Of a stretch of DNA of 39,576 nucleotides, positions 1 to 12,200 are shown one piece after another. This stretch comes from Catajapyx aquilonaris (Eukaryota), in assembly GCA_000934665.2 (NCBI GenBank), contig KZ538934.1:1-39576 (forward strand), read 5' to 3'. The notes under the pieces are model-generated. The model was not told the origin of the DNA. It saw nothing but the letters and a program-made list of their open reading frames with translations, and did not search any database. The stretch's first letter is position 1. The number at the start of each line of letters is the position of its first letter. A program made the position numbers and the translations under genes.

Positions 1-293
1 GGCGGCTGCGTTACCTGGCAACCCTGTCCGGTGGTCCAATTCAAACATCAGCCCATGGAGAGCGCTTCCATTGTTGCCACTGTTTACAAATCGAGGGAGT
101 GAGTGCGCAGGCAGAAGAGACCGTCGCTGGGTCGTCCGCGTCACTCACTCGATTTGTAAACAGTGGCAACAATGGAAGCGCTCTCCATGGGCTGATGTTT
201 GAATTCGCCCGCCGGACGGGGTTGCCAGGTAACGCGGCCGCCGCCGCCGCCGGAAAAAAAAACATTCTGCGACGGCTAATTTGTCCAGCACTG
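1..293. mobile_element. Foldback/palindromic MITE with a Tc1/mariner-type end (left end cut by window start)
   Basis: 1-102 is a near-perfect reverse complement of 141-242. The element ends ...TTTGTCCAGCACTG|TA at 293, a CAGTG terminus plus TA typical of Tc1/mariner. Confidence 0.7.
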
Positions 294-295
294 TA

Positions 296-425
296 CATCG
301 ACAGAGCTTCAAAACCAGGTAAAAGTCACCCGGTTGTAACTTTTCCAGTTTTAGAAGAAGAAAAAAACAGATGCGAAGTTTCAACCGCTTTTTCCAGGTG
401 TTCTTATTATTTTGTCCAACCACTG
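296..425. mobile_element. Right end of a second Tc1/mariner-like element
   Basis: Ends ...GGTGTTCTTATTATTTTGTCCAACCACTG|TA (421-427). The reverse complement, TA|CAGTGGTTGGACAAAATAATAAGAACACC, looks like a Tc1 TIR. No partner end is in the window. Confidence 0.5.
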
Positions 426-765
426 TATATTGTACAGCGTAGGCTACATAAATTATTATTTTTAAATTACATTATTTTGCCCATTTCGAAGTTATGGTAG
501 ATGCAAATTGGAAAGTGCAAACTACAATATCCACCCATTTCAGCATTAAATGCTTCTTTAAAAGCAATTATCCAAAACATATTCTGAATAAAGTAAGACA
601 ATTTGTCACAGAGCCATTCAGTGATTCGCATCACACCAACACAAGCACTCAAGGAGAGCAACTAAACACGCACACAGTACCAGCAACAACACAAAAAAGT
701 GCAAGTAAGCCTAATGTAAAAATCCAAGCGTGAAGAACAAAATGTGGCAAATACACACACAGTAC

Positions 766-1425
766 TTAAGAACTTGCACCTCTTTACTTCCTTTGCTGTA
801 GGATTTATTGCGGTCTGCTTTTAAATGGGGCCAATGTGTTTGGGAAGATGCTGATACATACTTTTTCTTCAGCATAGTCCCAGAATTATGTCTTGTACTT
901 TCATGTGGCAATACACTTCCATTTTTTTCGTCTAAAGCTGACTTTAGTTGACATATTTCATTAGATTTTGCGCCTATGTCAGCCTCCATACCTGCTTGAA
1001 TAGCCTACCAAGAAAGTAATTACTGCATTATAATTTCTGCTTACAAGGAATAATTTGAGACTCTCTTACTTCTTGTCGCCCCAACTCTACTGTCAGGTCG
1101 TCTATTTTTTGCTGCAATTCGCTCATTCCAGATTGAAGGGATCCATATTCTGTCTCCATGGAGCGAAGCTGAGATTCACTAACTTCTCTTTGGCGATTAA
1201 TTTCTTCGTGTAAGTATGCACGTTCCTCTTCCAGTCTGAAATGACGGCGCATTATTTATATAAAATGTTCCCGCTTTAGAAGCAAATATATCACCTTTTA
1301 AGCTGAAGATCTCGTATGTCTGATTCATTGGGATCTTTGGACCCCACAGCAAAAGGTACTTGACGAAAACGACCTTCTAATTCTGAGAGTTGCTTCTCTT
1401 GGGACAACAAGGTACTTTGAGCATT
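766..1425 (-). CDS. Three internal exons of an unidentified coiled-coil protein (1425-1295, 1235-1070, 1004-~766)
   Basis: GT-AG introns of 59 nt (1294-1236, phase 2) and 65 nt (1069-1005, phase 0) join one frame: NAQSTLLSQEKQLSELEGRFRQ...DLQLKR-LEEERAYLHEEINRQREVSESQLRSMETEYGSLQSGMSELQQKIDDLTVELGRQE-AIQAGMEADIGAKSNEICQLKSALDEK... The sequence is E/Q/L/K-rich and heptad-like. The end of the last exon is uncertain (donor at 765-764, or read-through to the stop at 713-711). Confidence 0.75.
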
Positions 1426-3735
1426 CTGGGGAAAAGGAAAGACCCAACTGATGAAGAAATTATGACTCATATTAGAGTGGACTGTCATAAAGATGACAGG
1501 ATGAATCGCACATGGTAAACTAACAAAATAACGCCTGCCAAATCGCCCAAATGCAATGAAACAATCAAGCAATCACCATTAGAATCAACAGGTACGATTA
1601 ACAATAGCCCTGTCCTGATTTCATGCGAAACATGCTTCACAGGCAATATTCCCGTCAGCTGTGTGTAACAACATGGGTATTAAACATTAAACGGCAGTTT
1701 TCTAGTATTCCGCCGTAAAGTGGGTATATTGCAAAACGTCTCTTCCTTAACAGGTTACTCTCTCTTTCGGTGATTCACCAGAAAACACAAAAAAATCAAC
1801 GCGAACTGGGAGTGGCAAAAGCCCTACTGTTCTCATTTTCGAGGATTTAAGGGGGTGTAATGTGCACAGGTGGGAATGGCAAAAACCGGAAGATATGTTC
1901 CTCCTCGAGGTGTCCATACCCTGAAAATGCACCAAGACAGCAGCATCTAGAAAGGGTGGTGGGGGTGTGCAACTGTTTCGTGCTTAGAAAGCTGCTCAAA
2001 GTGCCACTCCCTTCTTTCAGAGCAATATCTATCTATACAGTACTTCGCATGCCGCTTGTAGTATTATCATTGCGGGTTACGCAACTGGAAACCAAAGTGA
2101 CGTAACATAGGTGCAATTTGTTGCAACGGTGCTTATTTAGAAGTCTAATGAGGATTATTGCAATCCTTTAAAAAAAAAAAATTGCATTGGTCCCATTTCG
2201 GACATGCCATTTCTGTTGGGTATGAAGTAGATGACCCAGCAGGTCAGGGAAACGCTCAGTGGATCATATCATTACAGGAAGTGGCAATATCAGGCATGAT
2301 GATAAAATATGCTACAAAAAAACACCAGAATTGATATGAACTGGATAGGACGACATAAAAATTCAATCAGGTAATCTAATCCCTTCTCTTCATCAGCCGT
2401 CTCCGCAATTAAGGTTCGAGTACAATGGTATCCTACAGATTCAGGAGAGCATTTTCTCCATTCCACCGGATTAAACTGTATCCAATTATCCATACATGTA
2501 TCAGCCAGCTCCTAAAACTACCACTATCTAGGCCAAGTAATCGCCTTTTGTTAACTCCACCTCAATAGAACGTGGTAGCAAAACAAAAAGATGTCGTCAC
2601 AATGCGGTTAGGCCTATATTAGGTGTCAGTTTCATGTAACAGACACAATGTGGCAGAATGACGTTGGCAGTCTACCTGCCATATGTCACATACAAGTACA
2701 GCCTGAAGCCATCAAATAAACCGGTGCCGTTCTGGAGGGCGGACAATGAGAGCAAGTTGCCGTGGGCCTAAAATGTCGACGACGACCTCGAGACTTCACG
2801 CCTGGACAAATTCTCATTTACATCGAAGTGACGTAAATAACAGGATATGCAACTTAGGGCGAAGTGGACATTTAAGCTGCTTACAAAGCGATCGTGGAAA
2901 GTAGACTAATCGGACAAAAGCAAAAGTGCCCAATCTAGCACCTGTGCTCAAATCTTGTAGATTGGAGTATGATTATTTGAACAATGTTTCCTCACACCAC
3001 TAACATAGGATCGGGGCTTTATATGGAATCGAGGCTCATGTTATGCCTGCATTATTAATAAGACTGCGAGTGTTACACGAGTGAATTAGAAGGAAGTGCT
3101 CCGTACGGATAATAATCACCATGTCGTGATTTACACGCATTCATAAATTATCCGGGACACAATCAACTTATACTTGTCTTCCTTAAGAAATTGCTCGCAA
3201 TTTTGAACAACGCCTGTTTCCCTTGCAATTACGCGGAAACCATTCATTGCCAAGTGCGTTTTGTAGCCTCGTTTCGCAATTTAGACTTCCACACTTCGCT
3301 TTCCATTTCGCGTTAATTACACGCATTTTCACACAGCTGTCAGTAAACTCAACAACAAGAAGTGCCGACTATTAAATTCATTGAATATATCTAACGAATG
3401 ATTCATGGCAACATCAATGAGAGAAATGTCAGTAAAGGGAATAAGAGGAGATTCGATCAAATATAACCTAATATGCGGTTTTTTGAGTATTCAATAACGT
3501 TATACATACTGACATTGTAGAAAAAGCTACAATTTAATGTTTACTAGCCTAATAAAAATGGCGAATGTGATTAGACTTAGCTCTTCATGCAGTCCAAAGC
3601 TATACACAATATTAACCCGCTACCAGCTATAGACCGAAAACGCCTAGATTTGAGCTTACGCCTACTCTGAAGATACGGACAAGATATTTTACAAATAATA
3701 ACAGCTATATTTACTCATTCATGGAAAACACTATT

Positions 3736-4341
3736 AATGTGTTGCGAACAAGTTTACTCCTCTAGAAGTCCCTAAATTAATTTCCAAATGACGGCCTTAA
3801 AAACTCGAAATGAGAGCATACCTTACTCTAATTTCGAGTTGGCCGTACTACCGCCAACTGTTAGGCTGATTTAATTATTAAATACGCTAAAATATACGGA
3901 ACAACAACCTTGAGGACCGTGCCAGATGAATTTGCTGAAATCGCCGTACTTTTCGCGAAATAAATTGAAGGGCTCGGGAGTAAACAATGGTAAGGGATAT
4001 GTAACACCGTTACCCTTACCATTGTTTACTCCCGATCCCCTCAATTAATACCTATTTGCAGCTTGCTGGCACTTCGGAAAACTCCTATTAAATTTGGGAG
4101 TTTTCCGAAGTGTCAAAAAGCGGCAAATTATGATTAATTTATTTCTCGCCAAGTACGACGATTTCAGAAAATTCATCTGGCACGGTCCTCAAGGTTATTG
4201 TTCTGTATATTGTAGCGTATTTAATAATCAAATCAGCCTAACAGTTGACCGGTAGTACCGGGTAGTACTTTAATTTCGAGTTATTAGGGCGGTCTTTTTG
4301 TAAATTAATTTAGAGACTTCTAGAGGAGTTCGCAACACATT
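3736..4341. mobile_element. Branched foldback element (long inverted arms enclosing two hairpins)
   Basis: About 3736-3965 pairs imperfectly with about 4137-4341 (e.g. CCTTGAGGACCGTGCCAGATGAATTT / AAATTCATCTGGCACGGTCCTCAAGG). Internal hairpins are 3963-3996/4013-4046 and 4054-4085/4097-4128. No clear TSD. Confidence 0.7.
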
Positions 4342-5804
4342 CATATAACACATACGTATAACTAAAATTTGAAGCACTCTTCTGTTGAAGATAACAATAG
4401 CTTGATGCGAAGTGACGGCGATGCACGACACTACAAGAATCCATGACAAGAGAAAGAGATCCATCCCACAACCGTTTATTGCGCATAAACATGTAGTGTA
4501 CGGCACAACCACTTTTCCCCTCCCATTTAATTTTCCACCGCCTTCTCATCAACAGACTGACCATTTCCTTCCAACCAGGCCAACTTTCATCGTTTGAAAG
4601 AGCCACCACCCTACCCCACCCCGCTCGCTGACCAAATCAGAGGAAGGAAGAAACTATCGTCACGTGGCAAAAACAAGATGGACCAGCTTCCCAATTCCTC
4701 CACACCCTACAAAAGGAGAAAAAAAAATCGCCTCGGGAGAGTCTGCCACCATCTTGGGTGTGACACCCTATGCAGGAACGTCAGTATTTCATTTCATTAA
4801 TAGGAAGTGAAATTCACTTGGGGGGTCACAATGTGAGATGATATTCACTAATAAAATCATATGACACCAGCTCCTGCTGATTATGCAATCGTACATGAAT
4901 GCCAGGTTGCATAGATGCAAGGATGAAAGCGGCCTATTTATGTCCCAGTACTTAAGAAGAGAGGGTATTACATTGCAGTTCAGTTTGATGGATACTACTG
5001 TAGTAAGGACTAGAAAGACTTGTATATATTAGTTGGTAAGAGCCGAATTAACTTCACTTACAGTTTAATAAAACCGGTCTCCAACTTGAAGTATGTTCTT
5101 GGCATATATGGGCTACTCTGTGTATCAAGTACCGTCCTTTATGGCATGATAAAGACTCGCTCCGATTTTTTCGTTCAGTATCATTTCTGTAATTTACCAA
5201 TGTCAAAAGTTATGGCGCAAGTGATGACCCAAATTGGACGTACCACGCCTTTCGTAAAAACGACAGGGATTCCCACAATTTTGCGATCTGTGACGATAAC
5301 AGGACCGTTGGCCCCAGGGGTGTCTCTCAGGTTTCGCGCTACCTTGCCTGCATAAACAGTCTGGTTGTAAAGATTTCGGTTGTATTTTTTTGCTCGAAAT
5401 TAAGCAACTTTTACGACCAACACATTTCTCTAGCAGACTGACCCTTGAAGCAACCGACCAATCCCATTTGGCCTTCCTTCAAACCTATCATCTACCGCCT
5501 ATGAGACGCTATATGTCCATTCAAGCTCTTTTTTTTCCACTCTCGTTTTTTATTCGCCAACTCGGACTGTCGAATATCAAGCATGTGGGTTGCATAGAAA
5601 CCGGAGAGATTTACGAATTGGTTTCCTATCCGGAAATCGCTCGCCCTACTTTGAAAAGGTAAGGTAAGGGTTAACAGGGAAAGGGCGATGTTTTTTTTTT
5701 CCACTCACCCCACCCCTCCTCCTTTATTTGCTTCTCTCACTTACGGAAGGATATCGAAAACTGGTCTCTAGAATGTGTGTTTCAACCTGCCAACAAGCGT
5801 CCAA

Positions 5805-5840
5805 TATAAATAGCAAGACTGTTCCTCCATCAGCACAGTT
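5805..5840 (+). promoter_or_regulatory. TATA box and candidate Inr of Gly-rich gene 1
   Basis: TATAAATA at 5805-5812 and ACAGTT about 30 nt downstream (5835-5840); ATG at 5907. Confidence 0.7.
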
Positions 5841-5906
5841 CTTGGTCACTTGCCACCGCTTGTACACCACAAACCCTCTCCTATCACGACTTACGCAGCA
5901 ATCATC

Positions 5907-6716
5907 ATGAAGTTCTTGGTGAGTAAGAGGAATATCCTTGCGTGTGTGCATTAGGTAATAGCGGGGTTACGTTTTGTACCGCACATGTACAGCACAAGGT
6001 ATTGTTGGAATACCCGGGAGACAAAGAAATTCAGATGTGGCTTACCAAATCAGCCATTGTTACTGAAGAGGTACGAACCGTACCTCTTCAGTAACAATGG
6101 CTGATTTGGTAAGCCCAAGTAACATCGGTTGATTTAGTAAGCGACGGTCTGCGCAGTGGAAAACAAAAGTGCTTCCAACAATGGTCGATTACGGAACAAT
6201 TTAATTTCAATTCGAATCATTACAACATTTAGTAACCGTTGTAAATAGCTAAATACAACATATTTCTGATATATTTTTCAGTGGGTTCTTTGCATCGCTC
6301 TGGTCGCCAGCAGCTGGGCCGAAGAAGAATCAGAGAAGCCGAAGAGAGGAGCAATCGGTTTGGGTTACGGCGGGATTGGCCACGGATTGGGTTACGGATC
6401 CGTCGGATACGGCGGCCTGGGTTACGGAGGGTACCATGGAGGATACGCTCTAGGCGGTCATAGTCTTGGATACTCCGTAGGCCATGGCCATGGTCTCGGA
6501 TACTCGCTGGGCGGACACGGTCTCGGATACTCTCTCGGAGGACACGGTCTTGGATACTCTCTCGGAGGACACGGTCTTGGATACTCTCTCGGAGGTCATG
6601 GTCTGGGCTACCACGGCGTTGGTTATGGAGTGCCAGTTGCATCCTACGGCTACAGCGGACTTGGATACGGCGGCGGACTTGGATATGGAGGATATGGAGG
6701 CGTTCTCAAAGGCTAA
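5907..6716 (+). CDS. Secreted Gly/Tyr/His-rich cuticular-type protein 1 (148 aa; exons 5907-5918, 6282-6716)
   Basis: ATG AAG TTC TTG|gtgagt ... tttttcag|TGG GTT gives MKFLWVLCIALVASSWA (signal peptide), EEESEKPKR, then GAIGLGYGG...(GHGLGYSLG)n...GGVLKG*. No R&R chitin-binding motif is visible. Candidate ATTAAA at 6957-6962. Confidence 0.9.
6039..6115. repeat. Perfect 37-bp-arm palindrome in the intron of gene 1
   Basis: GGCTTACCAAATCAGCCATTGTTACTGAAGAGGTACG-aac-CGTACCTCTTCAGTAACAATGGCTGATTTGGTAAGCC. Confidence 0.95.
6456..6611 (+). repeat. Coding 27-nt tandem repeat (GHGLGYSLG)
   Basis: Units start at 6486, 6513, 6540, 6567 and 6594 (partial); a diverged GHSLGYSVG unit starts at 6456. Confidence 0.9.
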
Positions 6717-8955
6717 TTTTGGTATATATCTCTTTTTTGTCTAAATATTAGAATAGTCAAAACACTTTTCTGGGAAGCAGTTGCATGCCAATTGCTGTAA
6801 CTTAACTAAGAATTTATTTCCACTAAGAGTTCAGTAATATCGGCATGTATTCCGTTGAAAACGTCCCTACCGATATTGATACATCCATTTCAGTGCAAAC
6901 GTACAAATTCATAACAAAATGTTCGTATAAAAAATGTAACTGCTTACACTATTTGTATTAAAAATATATATAATGGCGGAATATTATCTAACACAAGAGA
7001 GTAGAACAGTCGGAATGAAACTGCACGTATTGAAACGAAAATCTACTTTGCAAAGAAAACATATGAACTGAGAGGCATACAGAGTCTCTATATAGGCCTA
7101 CTGCAATTCAAGAAAATGTTTCCTATTCTCTGCCTTTAAAAAATAACTACAATGCATTTCATTTACTTTCAGTAAATAATTCCGAGGAGAAGAGCCGAAT
7201 AGCCGGAGAGCGAAATATTCATCGCTGAGGCATATTTTCTGACATGTTCTGTTTGTTTGTTTGTTCCCGCCGACGACGGATATGATCAACTGTTGCAAGC
7301 AGATTGTTGTTATACCGAGGCCAAATTTGTACACTATTTTGATTAAAAAAATATCAAAACACAAACAGCCCTTATATTACGTATCATGTAAGAGCCCAAC
7401 TTCGTCCCTACAATCTTTCCGAAAACCAATCCCTCTACACTTGATTCCACAGGCAATAAAAATGTCGATGACATCTCTCTTTCTTCACACCAAACATTGG
7501 CCAACGCCCGTACGAATAATTGCGCAGTATTATAGAGCAAGCTGACCTAACTCTTCCGACAGTTCCGGTTACTCGCAATTCAGGAAATGTAACTCGAACT
7601 TCTTCCGATCAGTTCACAACAACGCCATATAACTTCCTGACTTCTAGACAGGTTAGGAAACACGACCCCGCCCTGGTACCCCATGAAAAAAAAATAGGAA
7701 AAAATGAGGCACAAAGTGAGGTTGTCGGTCATCACTTTTCCTTCCTAGCCCTTTGGCTCTCCTGATGCCACCTGCGGTGAAAGTTCTTAGCATACGTTTC
7801 TGTCCTCTTTTACCTCTACAATAACCGCATGGCGAAAAACCTGCTCTTCATACCACATTCGCTTCGGCACGCCTAACGTTACTTCTTTTTTTTCTGTTAG
7901 AGTATTGTTTCCACCTTCTCAAGTCGTCCAATGGCTCACGTAACATGCTGCAACATGCTGCTTTGCTTACACTTGCCGTAGCCTTCCAGGCGAGAAAGTT
8001 CCATTCAATTGACTTCCGTTTTTGTCCAGGACTGGCAAATTAAAATGAACAAAAAAAATATGATATTACCTATCCCCTTTCTACACTTTCGATTGGACTG
8101 GAAGCGGCTCTCACATTACACTGGACCACATATGTAAGTCCAGACGTGGGTCACTTTGGGTCAGTGTAGCCTGCGCCTGGTTTTACGATGCCTGTGTCAC
8201 GTGTGGTAGTAGACTACGTGACGGGCAAATCCTTGAATGCAATTTGGCTCACTGGCAGTTAAAACACAAAATGAATACTCTTACACCACACACTTTGAGC
8301 TGAAAGCCTTTTTTTATATAAGGATTTTCTCATGCTCATGATGTTGGGATGCAACAAGGCTTTTGCGTAACTAAAAGTGGTAAGTAATATTTGCTTTCTA
8401 TTCAGGTTTTAATGTTGATTTCAGATAAAATCTGGAAATTGCACTCCAACTTCAGGTTTTTCATCCTGTTCAGATTTTGGGATTAATGAAAATCGCCCTT
8501 CACGTTGTAAATTATGCTTGATAATGAAAAAAAAAAAAAAACAGCTTGAATTTTTATCACAAAAATTCTGACTGGATGTTGCTTTTAAGTCATACTTATG
8601 CACTGGTGCTTGTGTAGCCCTACTTTACTACTATAGGCTTTTCTTTTAAAATGAACCATTTTTTATAATACCAGTTGGTTATATAAAATCTGTGCATTTC
8701 ACTGTCTCACTATTCTTTGGAGAAGCTGTAGTTTTTATCACAGGCGTGTACGTGCCATAAAAATGATTCACGATAATGACAACAAACACGCATAACTTTT
8801 TTTCTTTTCAAAATGTAACGATGATTTAAGGTAATTTTAGGTTTAATATTATTCCCCCTGCCATGGCGTCTAGCTTTTTTTTACACAACCCAAATGTATA
8901 TAGTGAGAAGTAGTTTTCTGCTTATGAATTACTTGTGAAAAATTAATTTGCAATC

Positions 8956-9238
8956 GGGGCGGCATGGTGGTCTATCGGCTACGCCGCTGGCCAGCCAAGC
9001 GGGAGGCCGGGGTTCAAATCCCGTCGCCGTCACCTCTGCTTGGCCGGGTCTTTTTCCGCTTTTCACCCGACATGCCGGGGCAGAATTGCACTCCCTATCT
9101 GCCCGGGGCCAGTAGAAAAGGCCTGGTGTTTTTCACAAGTCAGAAATGACTCAAAAATTACAGCGCCCTCCCTAGGGAACCTCCCCCTTCCCCCCTAAGA
9201 GAGCCACTGGCTCTATCACGGGGTAAAAAAAAAAAAAA
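8956..9238 (+). mobile_element. tRNA(Gly-like)-derived SINE with poly(A) tail
   Basis: A-box-like GGTGGTCTATCGG and B-box GGTTCAAATCC (9011-9021). The head GCCAAGCGGGAGGCCGGGGTTC resembles tRNA-Gly(GCC). A 3' stem-loop CCCCTAAGAGAGCCACTGGCTCTATCACGGGGT is followed by an A-run. Confidence 0.8.
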
Positions 9239-12200
9239 CAATAAAAATGGCAACATTCAGCAACATCATTGCTTGCAAAAGATTTCAAGTTGGTCCTAAA
9301 AGTCATTTCGATTCTTAAAGATAGCTAATAAGTTGCAATAAAAAAATTGTCAAACTTTTTTACAGGTAAATATTGAGTAACAGAATACAACAATGTTTTA
9401 GTCAGTATTATCTACTGAATCACACCTGAGAAAATTTGTTTTCAAGGCAGGCATGAGCTACCTGACTACTTTCAGCTCAAGTTCATTTAAACATAGCCTC
9501 AGGTGATACTAATATATTAGCCCATCAAGAAACAATGTTTCACTTCTTGTCTAAGAATTAATACAGTCAAATAGAATAAACTCGAATAGTAAATAATTCA
9601 AATACATTTTTTTGCAAACACACTTTAAAATATAAATATTGTGCTACATAATAATAATAAGCTAAGACCAGGTGGTATAGCTCGAGAAACCTTGCTGCGT
9701 AACTAAATTACTTCTAAAAAACTGACAGCGAACAGTGCTGCACGAAATGCAAATGTTGGCGCAATTATTAACTAGTTGAATTTCCCTCAGATTTCTACCC
9801 TTGACGTATGTTCCTTGTGCACTAACTCTTTGCCATAAGGAGAAAACATTACTTGTGTAGTAAATTGCCGTCATGTTATCTCTGTGCAGCGGGGGTTTCA
9901 CTTCCGGATGACAGACGCGGTAGATTTGTCACCGTGAAGACGAAATAGGTGTCGTTTTTATAGCCGGTTCGCTTTTATTGTCCAGTGGTCTTTCAAGCCC
10001 TTTTCAATGCCGGGAGCGTTCAGATGGGTGCAAAAGTATGTGTGCGTGCGTGACCCATGACTTGAACGACACGAAAAACAAGTCACGACAACTTCTAAAG
10101 GAATATGTTCCTTTAAACTATTTAGTGTCAGGATAAATTTTGGGTCCTTGAAATAACGTGATGTCTTAATAATGATATTATTGATCTTCCTATTAAAATA
10201 TGAAATAACAAGAGTCGCTGATCTGTCTCTTTCAACATCCTACCTTCTCTGCCGCCCTACGATGTCAAACGATTCACCACCTCATGATGATAAATTGGGG
10301 CGTTTCGGCTAATTTACACCGAAAAGTTCTAGTTGAATCAGAAAAGTCGTAGCCAAAACCGAAATGGATATCAGTAGTTTGGAAATTTGAAACAGAGTAT
10401 ATAAAAAAAGCCAGTGCAAAACAATTAATTTGGCCAGATTATACCCCCGACACACACTACAGTCTTGGTAGGGTCTGAATCTGTATGGAAGTATCCCTGG
10501 GTCACAGAGTTGGGCATAATTATTGAAAATCTGTGAACCCTCCCTTTCATTATCATTTTTATCTGGGGATTTTCGGCAAATTTCCTGGGAGTTTTTCTCG
10601 CCGAATCGGAGTTTTCGTCGCCTTTCGGCGAAAAGGCGAGCGACAGCTTAATCCCTTATTTACGAAATGCTACCAAACTAATCCTGTGAGATCAACCTTC
10701 TAGCGACTGGCTCCCAAGTTTTATCCCTGTATGTCCTGTACAGTAAAGGAGCAAGAGAGAAGGCTTCAAATGGAAAGTGACATGGAGGTGTCACTGTTTT
10801 GTAACTTTCAATAACTTCCCATCAGCAGAAAACATTTGCTCAGTTAAAATTGACAGAAACAATGATAAACATGACAACATCGTCGTCGTTATAAAATGTT
10901 AGGTTCGGCGTCTTAAAGGAGAGATTAAGTTAGCCTCCAAAACTGACAACAAATCTGAAATGTAATATGTTACTCTCAATTACACTCTGTGATAAACTAT
11001 ATTACAAAAACAACACAGTGCCCACCCAATAGGCTACTTTTGTAGTGAATATTACTCAGTAGGGTCTATCAGTTTACCAATTTACCTACTGTGTTCATTA
11101 TTATTGGAAAAGACATGATATGCGAGTTTTTATTGCATCAAAAATACGCGCAATTTTTACTCCCGGACATTAAAAACCAGTGAAATTTTGGATTTATGAG
11201 CAGGCAATATCTCATTGCATTTTGATTAATGCTTTCATGTCACAAAATTAGCAACTTATGTACCGGTAGATCTATATTATACATATATAATTAAAATATT
11301 AAATAATAAATTATTGCAGAAATAGGCATCATCGTATCTTAGGATATCCCCGAAAACATCACCTACGCACTAATGCGGATCATCGCAATTACAGGGAATT
11401 GAGAGCTGTCTCTTTGTAAAGTGGGCCAAATGCCGGCGAAAGTTGCTGATAAGTCGTAGCAAAAAAGACTACCAAAAGTGAGAATAACTATCGCAGCGTC
11501 AGAAACTAGTAAGTTACAAAGCCTTTTAAAAAACTCGGTCAAGTTTTACTTTTGTGGCAAAACAATTCATGCGAGAAAGTCACATTTTTTCCCTCTGTCA
11601 TAAAGCAGTACCACCTTTGCGTATGTAATTAATTTAACCAAATCATCATTCATGTAATTATCACGAGCTTTGTCGTTCAATGCTATTCTGTCTTCCATAT
11701 ATGACTCATGTAATAAATAAAAACTGCATCGTTCTAGAAGTTGCCGACAAATTACCGCTCGAAGATACAGTATAATTAGTACAGTAATTAATACATTTAT
11801 AATAGTAATACACGTATGACATCTGCAGATGAAAATTCCTCCAGGATATATAGGCCTAATGTTAACGGCAGTCTTACTTTCTTTTCTTGTGACCTTAGGA
11901 TGCTCAGGAACGAGAATTCAACTCGTTTTGCAAAGCAGGATATGTCACGGGTTCTAGTCACATACGTATACTGTTGAACTCTTTTCAGTTTTGTAAAAGT
12001 TTTGTCGAAAGCGCAGCATAATTGTTGCGATGCACTTACTGACGCAACGTTACGTAGTCTTTCTCGTTTTCGTAATATGAAATATAGGGTCACAAACGAG
12101 GAAAAGAGGTTTTAAACTAACCTACCTTTTGAACTGACCGACACAATACATCTCAGAGCAACACCTTAACTACACATCTTAAACTAAGAAACAACCTGTT

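Noticed and set aside
41..500. ORFs 41-298, 99-500 and 145-423
   Set aside because: They lie within the palindromic MITE and Tc1-type ends; no recognisable protein.
2290..2511. Possible minus-strand exon (ELADTCMDNWIQFNPVEW...)
   Set aside because: It has an acceptor-like site but runs to a stop with no donor linking it to 1425; no family recognised.
6229..6744. Overlapping ORFs 6229-6642(-), 6281-6463(+) and 6484-6744(+)
   Set aside because: Shadow frames of the repetitive Gly-rich CDS. The same applies to 13050-13433(-), 13278-13604(+), 13349-13585(-) and the alternates around 25020-25636.
8956..9032. tRNA genes at the SINE heads (8956, 33175, 34447, 35012, 35709)
   Set aside because: No convincing complete cloverleaf; each continues into a body and tail typical of SINEs.
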